A stretch of 64,000 nucleotides of DNA from Nitrosopumilus sp. (GCA_965218785.1 OZ244650.1:512001-576000), one strand, 5' to 3'. Shown: positions 20,935 to 29,196, numbered from the stretch's first letter. Notes: a model not told the origin generated them from the letters alone. Made by a program: numbers and translations.

Positions 20935-21519
20935 ATGGAGTCTTTTAAAAAAGTAAAGAGCATTGTGACTCCGCTTGACAAGATAAATGTGGACACTGAT
21001 CAGATTGTTCCAAAACAGTTCTTGAAACTGGTTCAAAAGTCCGGCTTTGGAAAATTTTTGTTCTATGATTGGCGATATGATCAAAAAGGAAACATGAAAC
21101 CTGATTTTGTTTTAAATAATTCTGCTTATGATGACTCTAAAATTCTTGTAGCCGGGGATAATTTTGGCTGCGGCTCAAGCCGTGAGCATGCAGTCTGGGC
21201 GCTTGATGACTATGGTTTTTCTGTCATCATTGCGCCTTCTTTTGCCGACATCTTCTTTAGCAACTGCCTTAAGAACGGGATATTGCCGATCTCATTGGAT
21301 GCAAAAACAGTTGAGACACTGCAGCAACAAACAGACCCAATTGAAGTAGACCTGGAAAAACAGACCATCAAAACTTCCTCGGCTGAAATACCATTTGAGA
21401 TAGACTCCTACAAGAAAAAAACCCTCCTAGAAGGGCTGGATGATATTGCACAAACCTTTCAATTTGAAGAGAAAATCTCTGAATTTGAAAAAGAGTCTAA
21501 AATCCCATCTGTTTTATGA
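20935..21519 (+). CDS. leuD: 3-isopropylmalate dehydratase small subunit, bacterial-type
   Basis: NVDTDQIVPKQFL, GFGKFLFYDWR, GSSREHAVWAL and GLDDI motifs. Confidence 0.94.
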   Translation: MESFKKVKSIVTPLDKINVDTDQIVPKQFLKLVQKSGFGKFLFYDWRYDQKGNMKPDFVLNNSAYDDSKILVAGDNFGCGSSREHAVWALDDYGFSVIIAPSFADIFFSNCLKNGILPISLDAKTVETLQQQTDPIEVDLEKQTIKTSSAEIPFEIDSYKKKTLLEGLDDIAQTFQFEEKISEFEKESKIPSVL

Positions 21520-22216
21520 TTTTTTGTACGTCTTTTCTGTTTCTTTCTAAAACCATTGGTGATTCGGCATCAATCCATTGCCTGTCTCTGACATCAAATG
21601 CGCTGACCTTTCCCTCCTTTGATAACTGCTGCAAGATATCATATGATAAATTGATCGTTTTTTGCCTCCGTTTTGCTTTAATCCGTTCAATGACGTCTTT
21701 TCCAAGTATGTATACTCCGAGACATTCTGATAACTGTAACTTTATGACCGGTTTTTCCTTAAATTCAGTCACAATTCCATCTTCCACAACTGCAAATCCC
21801 GTCTCCTCCCTTCTCTTTGTCCTGGTGGCAATGCATGCCGAACTGTTCTTTTCTCTGAAAACATCACTCATTTTTTTCAGATCTACTGCGCACAAGTTAT
21901 CTGCAAACCACAACAGGAATTCTGATTCCGTTTTGAGTTTTTCTTCAAGATGTAGCAGATCCCCACCCGTGCCGCTCTGTGAATCCTGAACAAAACTGAT
22001 ATTTCTCTGATCCCCGTAGTAATTTCTGATCTGGCCTCCAAGCCCGTCAAAGTCTGAAACTATGATGATCTCTTTTATAAAATTAAATGATTTCAGATAT
22101 CTTACAATATAATCAATTAACGGCTTGCCGTCAATTGGGGTCATTGCCTTTGGAAAATACTCTGTATATGGTCTGCCCCTTGTTCCCTTGCCGCCTGCTA
22201 AAATCACACCTTTCAA
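21497..22216 (-). CDS. Sugar-phosphate nucleotidyltransferase (NTP_transferase family)
   Basis: ILAGGKGTR...PKAM, GTGG and EKP motifs. Confidence 0.9.
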   Translation of the reverse strand: MKGVILAGGKGTRGRPYTEYFPKAMTPIDGKPLIDYIVRYLKSFNFIKEIIIVSDFDGLGGQIRNYYGDQRNISFVQDSQSGTGGDLLHLEEKLKTESEFLLWFADNLCAVDLKKMSDVFREKNSSACIATRTKRREETGFAVVEDGIVTEFKEKPVIKLQLSECLGVYILGKDVIERIKAKRRQKTINLSYDILQQLSKEGKVSAFDVRDRQWIDAESPMVLERNRKDVQKIIKQMGF

Positions 22217-22218
22217 AT

Positions 22219-22668
22219 CTAACGGTATGATTTCTGTTTTCTTCTTCTTGCACCAGGACCGCCAAATTTCTTTGGCTCTTTTCGTCTGGCATCCCCGCTA
22301 ATCAGATATTTGTCAAATTCCGTAATTCGCTTTCGCAGGTCTTCCCTGGTTGATTTTGGGAACGGATGATCCTTTGGCTCCTTTTTGGATTTTGTCCATC
22401 CCGTAAGCGCCCTTGAGATTCCTGTTGCAGCGGCGCTGGCCTGTCCCATAAAACCTCCGCCTCTTACCCTGACTGAAATATCTATCTTCTCTCTGAGGTC
22501 TCCTGTAATTTCCAATGGTGCAAAAATTACCTCTCGGGCAGTCTCCTGTGGGATCATTTCAACTGGAATATTGTTGATTCTGACTTTGCCCTGTCCTTTT
22601 GTAATGTAAACATGTGCGCTGGCTGTTTTTCTAGTTGCAAAATAAATTTCAGTCTTTGGAGTTGTCAT
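22219..22668 (-). CDS. rps9: 30S ribosomal protein S9 (uS9)
   Basis: RGGGFMGQA and EPKKFGGPGARRRKQKSYR motifs. Confidence 0.97.
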   Translation of the reverse strand: MTTPKTEIYFATRKTASAHVYITKGQGKVRINNIPVEMIPQETAREVIFAPLEITGDLREKIDISVRVRGGGFMGQASAAATGISRALTGWTKSKKEPKDHPFPKSTREDLRKRITEFDKYLISGDARRKEPKKFGGPGARRRKQKSYR

Positions 22669-23129
22669 TCAGTCCACCCTATTACCCTGCCTAGCTCTCC
22701 CATCGTGGTATAGTTTGATGCCGATCTTTTAATTTTTGCTTTTTCAAATTGAATTTTTTCAAATGGTTTTAGTTCCTTTGGCGAGCCAATGTATGCCCGA
22801 AGTCTCTTGTGTGCCGTAATGCCTGATGGTTTCTTTTCAAAAGGCAGCATTCCACGAATCATTTTTGTAATCATCGTATCTGGCCTTCTGTAGTGGACTG
22901 GTCCGTGCTTTGGATGAATAATGCTGTTGATCTCTAAAAATTCCTTGTATTCCTGGATGATGTTTGCCCTGGTTCCACTTAGCATGATTTTCTCACAATT
23001 TACAAGTGAGACCCTGTTTCCCTTTAGCAATAATTTTGCAACATGTGATGATAACCTGCCGGCAATATGATCCGTCGTATCTACGACAATCGGCCTGTCT
23101 GTTCTTACAACAGTCTCTTGTTCAGCCAA
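22665..23129 (-). CDS. rpl13: 50S ribosomal protein L13 (uL13)
   Basis: HIAGRLSS, GPVHYRRP and IRGMLP motifs. Confidence 0.96.
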   Translation of the reverse strand: MAEQETVVRTDRPIVVDTTDHIAGRLSSHVAKLLLKGNRVSLVNCEKIMLSGTRANIIQEYKEFLEINSIIHPKHGPVHYRRPDTMITKMIRGMLPFEKKPSGITAHKRLRAYIGSPKELKPFEKIQFEKAKIKRSASNYTTMGELGRVIGWTE

Positions 23130-23469
23130 GTAAAACGACTCCTTTTCCTGTGGGATTTTGTTTGATTAATTCCGAATAGCTGATAAGACTGCCGCCGTTA
23201 TCTATGATTTTATCTGCTGCCGAGTTTGAGATTGAAAATGAACACAATGTGATTTTATGAGAAACACTGCCTGTTCCAAGAACCTTTCCCGGAAAGACTA
23301 CCGTATCGTTTTCCTTTGTCAACTGATTAATCCGATTCAAATTGATGTCCCGTCTTGCAATGGATGGCTTTAGCGCGTATTTTGCCAACCTTGCCCAGAT
23401 TGGGGCGTCGTTTTTGATTGAAGCCTTTTTTAGATCCCTGGCCATGCGTATAACCACCTGATTAGTCAT
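23122..23469 (-). CDS. rpl18e: 50S ribosomal protein L18e (eL18)
   Basis: INLNRI, VVFPGKVLGTG and NPTGKGV motifs. Confidence 0.96.
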   Translation of the reverse strand: MTNQVVIRMARDLKKASIKNDAPIWARLAKYALKPSIARRDINLNRINQLTKENDTVVFPGKVLGTGSVSHKITLCSFSISNSAADKIIDNGGSLISYSELIKQNPTGKGVVLLG

Positions 23470-23517
23470 GTGAATATTGCGGTTTAAAACCCAAATATAA
23501 TGTGTATGCTTTGATTA

Positions 23518-24153
23518 TCACTCGATTTTGCTGATCATGTCTTTGAATTGACCCAATCTGCTGCTTACTTCATCGACTCCTGCAAGAATAACCTGTTCCG
23601 GACTGAGAGCACCTGTTGATTCCACGGTGAGAACCCTTTCGTTTTTCTTGTCTGTTTCAGTAAGTGTTGCTATGTTTGCAGAATTCCATTTGGCATGCTG
23701 TGTCCCACGTCCAAGTTTTGCGTAACACTCTACCTTGACTCTCTGACCTGGAGCCAATTCAACTAGTGCGATTTTATCTGAGGTCGGTCTTATCGAGTCG
23801 TCCTCGGAGGATAATTCATCTGAAAAAACGACTCTTGTTTCATCTGATTCCCCAGAATCCAAAACCAGCATGACTTTGCAGTTTGAACAGCCTGCCTGGC
23901 TTTGGCATTCACATTTGACTGGCTCGTTAAATCTGACCAGATCCGTTTTTAATGGAATCAATCCCAGTCTGTGTGCCAGTCCCTCATCAGGCACTACTGA
24001 AGAATTTTCTATAACATCTACCGTATCGATTGCAAAAACCGGCACGCCGTTTAGACATATGCGTCTAAGTGCGTTTGCATACTGTAAGGGAACATTTTTC
24101 AGCTTTATGGACATTTTCTGATTATCCTTACTAATTACTTCTAAAGATGACAA
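23518..24153 (-). CDS. rpoD: DNA-directed RNA polymerase subunit D (Rpo3)
   Basis: ANALRR, LAHRLGLIP, CECQ..GCSNC and HAKW motifs; likely TTG start 24153 with TTTTAT box about 28 nt upstream. Confidence 0.96.
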   Translation of the reverse strand: MSSLEVISKDNQKMSIKLKNVPLQYANALRRICLNGVPVFAIDTVDVIENSSVVPDEGLAHRLGLIPLKTDLVRFNEPVKCECQSQAGCSNCKVMLVLDSGESDETRVVFSDELSSEDDSIRPTSDKIALVELAPGQRVKVECYAKLGRGTQHAKWNSANIATLTETDKKNERVLTVESTGALSPEQVILAGVDEVSSRLGQFKDMISKIE

Positions 24154-24197
24154 ATCTTGAACAAAATCCTCAATGTCCACATAAAAATCTAGCTAGT

Positions 24198-24408
24198 TTA
24201 CTGCATCTGGAATGGAACCTACCAACAATTTGGCAGAGCGCATGCCAAGACCTGTGGTAATTGTAAGAAAGGTGCGCAACGATCTGATGACTGCCGGTGG
24301 AATGAAGATGTCTGGGATACTGATGACGTGTATTCTGATATGGTGCAGAAGAGGGCTAAATATGACAGAAAAACTGCTTGAGATACTAGGGTCGACTTGA
24401 CCTGTTAC
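24198..24408 (+). mobile_element. IS66-family transposase C-terminal remnant with probable right end
   Basis: EPTNNLAERxxRPVVIxRK is the IS66 TnpC C-terminal motif. The preceding LLH(P)G is frameshifted. The element ends in ...CCTGTTAC (24408), matching the GTAA/TTAC IS66 termini. Confidence 0.8.
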
Positions 24409-24868
24409 CTTTGGAGTTGGGTCAATTAACCATAAACCCTATTATTTAATTTTCATCCAATTCATCTACAATTCCATGGTCTAGCTTAGATTTAGTAGTA
24501 TTACTAATTCTTGTACCAGAATGTAGTAAATAAGAAGAAACATCTTCCTTACATCCATACAATGCTTTTATTCGTTTTTTTGTTCCTCATCCATTGTTAA
24601 TTATCTCCAATATCTCATCCTTTTATCACATTAAAATCAGCCTCAAAAAAGAGTATAATTGTAAGTACAATAGGAATAAAATATAGCCAAAGGCAGGCAT
24701 GCCTAATCTCTACATTGGAAACAAACCTTGGAATAAACATGCTTGAAGAAACAACAAACAAAGTTATCTCAATTTTGCGTTCCAGTAAACTTTCAGACAA
24801 TGCTCATACCTGAAGCATGTTAAATTAATTTTGAAGGTATCAAAGTTAATTTTTTGCCTTGTTTTGTA

Positions 24869-25657
24869 TTATTCAAATCTATTAATCCATCTTTGAATGA
24901 TCTCCCTTGATTCCTCTGGTAATTCTCCTTTAACTATTACTGGAAATTCAAATCTTTTTTGTAATTCCAACACTTGATTCTCTTGTCCAAAAGGATAGAT
25001 TTGCTGTTTAAATTGCCATAACAACCCCCCCTCTTTTTGAATTATATCCCGGTGAATCTCTTGCCATCTGCATGCAAATATTGGGTATATTCCCAACATT
25101 TTACACATTTCTAATTTTGTAACAATTTCTGATTTTGGTGTTTGACTTAGCATATTTTTTATTTCTACCCCTACTGTAATTTTTTTTATTTTATGTTCTG
25201 CAATAATATCTAACGTATGTCTAGTTCTGAACCACTCTTTTCCCCTATGTGATCTAACTTGTTTCTCTTTTAGTATCTCAAACCCATTTGCGCGTAATTC
25301 ATTTTTAACAAGATAATGAAGGTGCTCTCCTACCATCTTAGATGTCTTAACATCCGAATATCTGGAAATCCAATATCCCATATTTTCTATTTTTTTTACC
25401 ATGTTTTTTTCAATAAATTTGATTGGTAGTTTGGATGGAAAATAGAATTTTGCAGTGCCTACATCCCTAATATCATATTTTAGTGATTGAAGAATTCTTG
25501 ATTCCTCCAAATTATTTAACGCGTTTTTTACCTGACTTGCCGAATATCTTGTTTCTAGCATTATCTGTATGGTTGATTCATGTCTTGGTGTTTTTTTTGG
25601 ACGGTTTGAACTATCAAAAAAAAGTTCGATTATCCTTTTTTTTAACTCAACATCCAT
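24869..25657 (-). CDS. Winged-helix-like N-terminus + PD-(D/E)XK restriction-endonuclease-fold protein
   Basis: N-terminal ...SQVKNALNNLEESRIL...TAKFY wHTH pattern; GEHL, LDIIA and VEIKN nuclease motifs; probable start ATG 25657 (ORF is open to 25696). Confidence 0.72.
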   Translation of the reverse strand: MDVELKKRIIELFFDSSNRPKKTPRHESTIQIMLETRYSASQVKNALNNLEESRILQSLKYDIRDVGTAKFYFPSKLPIKFIEKNMVKKIENMGYWISRYSDVKTSKMVGEHLHYLVKNELRANGFEILKEKQVRSHRGKEWFRTRHTLDIIAEHKIKKITVGVEIKNMLSQTPKSEIVTKLEMCKMLGIYPIFACRWQEIHRDIIQKEGGLLWQFKQQIYPFGQENQVLELQKRFEFPVIVKGELPEESREIIQRWINRFE

Positions 25658-25665
25658 GCTTTTTT

Positions 25666-25695
25666 TGCGTAAAACATGAATTTGTATTTTACGCA
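25666..25695. promoter_or_regulatory. Palindrome TGCGTAAAA-N12-TTTTACGCA, putative operator of the nuclease gene
   Basis: Perfect 9-bp arms, 8 nt upstream of the probable ATG 25657. Confidence 0.6.
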
Positions 25696-25772
25696 TTTTA
25701 ATTGCTTATTTTATGCCTATTTTTCTAATTATTTAAATGAGCCAGATTCTATAATTCTGCTTAGATATTATA

Positions 25773-25889
25773 GTCAAGATCTTACAATGCTAATCCATGA
25801 TTAATTTAGCACATAACTTTTGTCAAATTTTATAATGTAAGTATTATATTTGCTAAAATATGCTAAAAATAGCACCATAAGATCTTGAC
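25773..25889. promoter_or_regulatory. Nested inverted repeats in the divergent promoter of the ATPase-toxin operon
   Basis: GTCAAGATCTTA (25773-84) and TAAGATCTTGAC (25878-89) are perfect inverted repeats. Two 24-bp boxes are also present: TGCTAA-N12-TTAGCA (25788-811) and TGCTAA-N12-ATAGCA (25851-874). Confidence 0.65.
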
Positions 25890-27800
25890 ATGACAGAAAA
25901 AACAACTGTGGATATCACACCTGATAAAAGCCTAATTCAGAAACTAGGCCTTACTGGATACAGAACTGCAGAAGCTATCTCTGAATTATTGGATAATTCA
26001 ATAGATGCAAGAATTTCAGGCCAAACTCAACGAATAGATGTCGTTTTAGATTATAGCAGAAAAGTCATATCGATATCTGACGGTGGTCTTGGAATGAATC
26101 TTGAAGAATTAAAAAATGGATTAACCATAGCGAAAGGTACAAAATTTGAAAAAGGGAAACTAGGTAAATTTGGATTGGGAATGAAAAGTGCCTGTTCTAC
26201 TTTGGGAAAGGAATTTACAATTACCACATCAAAACCTGATTCGAATTTGGAATTTTTTATACATTATGATGAGAAAAAATGGCTTGATGATTCATCAAGT
26301 ACTTGGCAAAATTTTGAAATTGAAACCAGTAAAAAAACACGTCCAGGGCATGGTACAACAATTAGAATTAGAAAACTAAATGTCCCATTATACCCAAATC
26401 AGTCATCTACATTAAGAAAAAATTTTGGAATACGATATGAACCATACATAAAATCTAATCAAATTTCTTTGTATATTAATTCAAGAGAATGTAAAGCACT
26501 AGAAATTTTAATCCAACCCGAAAGTAAACAGGAATTAGAGATAGAACTAGAGAATAATAATTATCTGAGAGGGTATATAGGATTGTTAGAGAAACGTTCC
26601 ATAAGAGGTGATTATGGAATTCATTTATACAAAAATGATAGGTTAATCAAGGCTTTTGACAAATTTGGCATACGTAGTCATCCTGAAGTTGCTAAAATAA
26701 TGGGTGAACTTCATCTTGATCATGTCCCAGTTAATTTCCATAAAACTGGTTTTATAGAGGAATCTTTAGAATACAGAGAAGCATTACATGTATTCAAAAC
26801 AGATCCTAAAGTTGTTAAGGCATTACGTAGTTCAATCAGTAAGGCCCCCCCTGCAACCTCTATCCAATCAGTCTTAAATTATTTTGTTAATGACAAAACA
26901 AAAGGAAAAATAAAAACCAGAATGAGCAATACCAACTCCAAAATTTTACTCAGCAAGGCAGATTCTTATGATATTCAATATGGGACAAAAAAAATTGAAT
27001 TTGATTTTGAAAATGGGAATGATGGTGAATTATATCGTATTGAAAGAATGCCTAATGGAGCAAAAATCAAAATCAACAGAAAAAGCCCAATTTTTACGAT
27101 AATTGGCAATCCCCTGTTCCTTATAGGCATGATAGAATTGGAGGTTAAAACCATAATAGATGATCCTGTAAAATACCGGGATTTTTTGAGAGAAAGAAAC
27201 GCCAATTGGAATAAATTCGTACAGGATTGGTCTGAAAAACAAGAAAAAATAACGAAAAAAAAGTCTCCTAAAGTAATTCCATTACTTAATTATTCACTAG
27301 TTGATGATTTGGGTGAACTACATGCATTTTTGAAGGAGACATTTGAATTTAATTTTCAATTTACGGCCCTTAGTACACTTGCACCATATTTACAAAATGC
27401 ATACAACAAAATGATCTATAATGTGGAGACTGTTAGAAACACCGGTCAGAATCTATATGATTTGTTAATTGATTATGGCGGTATGGAATTTACTGTTCTT
27501 CTAAATCCCAAAACTGAGGATATACAAAAAGCATTAGAATATTCTGAAAAAAAGAAGTTTATTGTAATTAGAGAATACTCTAACGTATCCAAAGATACGT
27601 GGGCTCCACCAGATAAAGCATGGTTGGATTTATTTGGAGAAATGAAACGTGGTTCATATTATATCAGGAGTGATGAATTGACAAATATTCTTGATAATTT
27701 ATTAGAAAAGCGTCTTACAAATCAAAATAGATTGGAAACTATAGCCAGACATAAAAATATGATAAATGAATTAAAGGTGTATTTGGGGAATACTGGATAA
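25890..27800 (+). CDS. MORC-type GHKL ATPase (HATPase_c_3 + S5-like) fused to a C-terminal type IV TA antitoxin-like (AbiEi/DUF6577-like) domain
   Basis: GHKL boxes ELLDNSIDA, DGGLGM, GKFGLGMK and GTTI; MORC S5 region GIHLYKNDRLI..GELHL..VNFHKTGF; C-terminal VLLNP..IVIRE..PPDKAWLDL..ELTNIL..RLETIARHK. Confidence 0.8.
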   Translation: MTEKTTVDITPDKSLIQKLGLTGYRTAEAISELLDNSIDARISGQTQRIDVVLDYSRKVISISDGGLGMNLEELKNGLTIAKGTKFEKGKLGKFGLGMKSACSTLGKEFTITTSKPDSNLEFFIHYDEKKWLDDSSSTWQNFEIETSKKTRPGHGTTIRIRKLNVPLYPNQSSTLRKNFGIRYEPYIKSNQISLYINSRECKALEILIQPESKQELEIELENNNYLRGYIGLLEKRSIRGDYGIHLYKNDRLIKAFDKFGIRSHPEVAKIMGELHLDHVPVNFHKTGFIEESLEYREALHVFKTDPKVVKALRSSISKAPPATSIQSVLNYFVNDKTKGKIKTRMSNTNSKILLSKADSYDIQYGTKKIEFDFENGNDGELYRIERMPNGAKIKINRKSPIFTIIGNPLFLIGMIELEVKTIIDDPVKYRDFLRERNANWNKFVQDWSEKQEKITKKKSPKVIPLLNYSLVDDLGELHAFLKETFEFNFQFTALSTLAPYLQNAYNKMIYNVETVRNTGQNLYDLLIDYGGMEFTVLLNPKTEDIQKALEYSEKKKFIVIREYSNVSKDTWAPPDKAWLDLFGEMKRGSYYIRSDELTNILDNLLEKRLTNQNRLETIARHKNMINELKVYLGNTG

Positions 27801-28921
27801 TGACATATCATTTTTCAACTGAATTAGAAAAAGACAATATAGAAAGAATCGCGAATAAATTTAATTTTGCAAATCCATTATACGTTGAAAAATTCATCAT
27901 GGATTTTGAAATGAATTATCACATTTCTCAAAATATTGATTGTTTGTTACGGGGTGGTATGTGCATGCCGTTTCATTCAGAGTTGAAAGTGAGACGATTA
28001 AGTATAGATATTGATTTGTTAACTGGTTTGGGTGTAGATGAAATACACGAGGCGATGGAAGAACTAGATAATAAATTACCAGATGTAAAAATTATAAAAC
28101 ATGAACCGAGAAATCCATACCCAATTCCCAATCTAGCCTCGTATTATGTTGAGTATGATTCCTGTTTTGGTAAACCTGAAACAGTGAAAATTGATTATTT
28201 GTGTGGTTTTTCATCAAATCTCCCAACACAAACTATTTCCAATGAACAAGAAATTATTGAATTCAAAATTGACTATCCTGCAAAAATTTTAACACGTGGT
28301 GCAATAATTGGGGATAAAATCACTACTCTTGCACTTGAAAAAATTGGTTTACAAAAATCAAAATTCCATGATATACCTAAGCAAATCTATGATATTGCAA
28401 CCTTGTTGAAAGGTGCTACAGAAAATGACATTAGTGAATCTTTGGATGCATTCATAACTCTTACTGGATTCAAAGTTAAAATATTTGGAAATGGGCTTTA
28501 TACGATTGGTGAAATAATTGACAGAATTAATTCTTCAATTCAAGGCTTATTTTCATTTAAATCCACTTTGACTACTACGGATGATTACGAGGGGTTTTTT
28601 GGTTCTTTTACAGGAACCTATCTTAATAGTACACAACGGTATAAAAAAACTCAACACATTTCCGATATTTTATTGGTATGGTTTTATGGAATTATTTTAA
28701 AAAAATTCTTTGAACATTCTATTTCAAAACAAGAAGCGGCTGCAAAAATATTTTCTATGGTTAGATCATATGATGTCATTCTTAATTCAAGTGTTGAAGA
28801 AAAAAAATCTACTAGCGAAGATCTTCTTAATACTATGCCAGAACTTTCATTTAAAAAAAATATTCTTAATGGAGTTCCTGCAGAACAGGTATTTGTTATA
28901 AACGAAATTTTTTCAGATTAA
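27800..28921 (+). CDS. AbiEii/AbiGii (MenT-like) nucleotidyltransferase toxin
   Basis: LRGG, RLSIDID, KIDY, GDKITTLA and KQIYDI motifs; TAATG stop/start overlap with the upstream gene. Confidence 0.88.
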   Translation: MTYHFSTELEKDNIERIANKFNFANPLYVEKFIMDFEMNYHISQNIDCLLRGGMCMPFHSELKVRRLSIDIDLLTGLGVDEIHEAMEELDNKLPDVKIIKHEPRNPYPIPNLASYYVEYDSCFGKPETVKIDYLCGFSSNLPTQTISNEQEIIEFKIDYPAKILTRGAIIGDKITTLALEKIGLQKSKFHDIPKQIYDIATLLKGATENDISESLDAFITLTGFKVKIFGNGLYTIGEIIDRINSSIQGLFSFKSTLTTTDDYEGFFGSFTGTYLNSTQRYKKTQHISDILLVWFYGIILKKFFEHSISKQEAAAKIFSMVRSYDVILNSSVEEKKSTSEDLLNTMPELSFKKNILNGVPAEQVFVINEIFSD

Positions 28922-29196
28922 ACATACCACACAATTTTGATATTTTTTGTATTGGATCTCTTGCGTAATTGAATCAATTTTATCAAATTACACGCATTTC
29001 TTCACAGCAAGATCTCAAAGCTGGGAATAACATACAATCCCATGTACATTGGGTGTTCATGAGTGTCAGTTGTGGGATTATTATCACGATCCTAGAGGAG
29101 GAAGAAAAAAGAGAGTATACTAGCATCCAAACCAGTCAGAAGACCCAGTACCGTTTTGCGTATAGATAAATACCGATATACCGTGACTCCTTTGAG

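Larger units (their letters stand above)
24198..29160. other. AT-rich accessory (putative defence) island between rpoD and SBDS
   Basis: Visibly lower GC than the flanking genes; IS remnant at the left edge; non-core nuclease, ATPase and toxin genes; boundaries approximate. Confidence 0.8.

Noticed and set aside
24212-24400. 62-aa ORF as a functional gene
   Set aside because: It is only the C-terminal tail of an IS66 transposase with an upstream frameshift; reported as a remnant.
25890-27800. Call as histidine kinase, MutL, Hsp90 or topoisomerase VI B
   Set aside because: No HisKA domain, no MutL GFRGEAL motif, no Hsp90 middle domain and no topo VI A partner; the motifs fit MORC-like HATPase_c_3.
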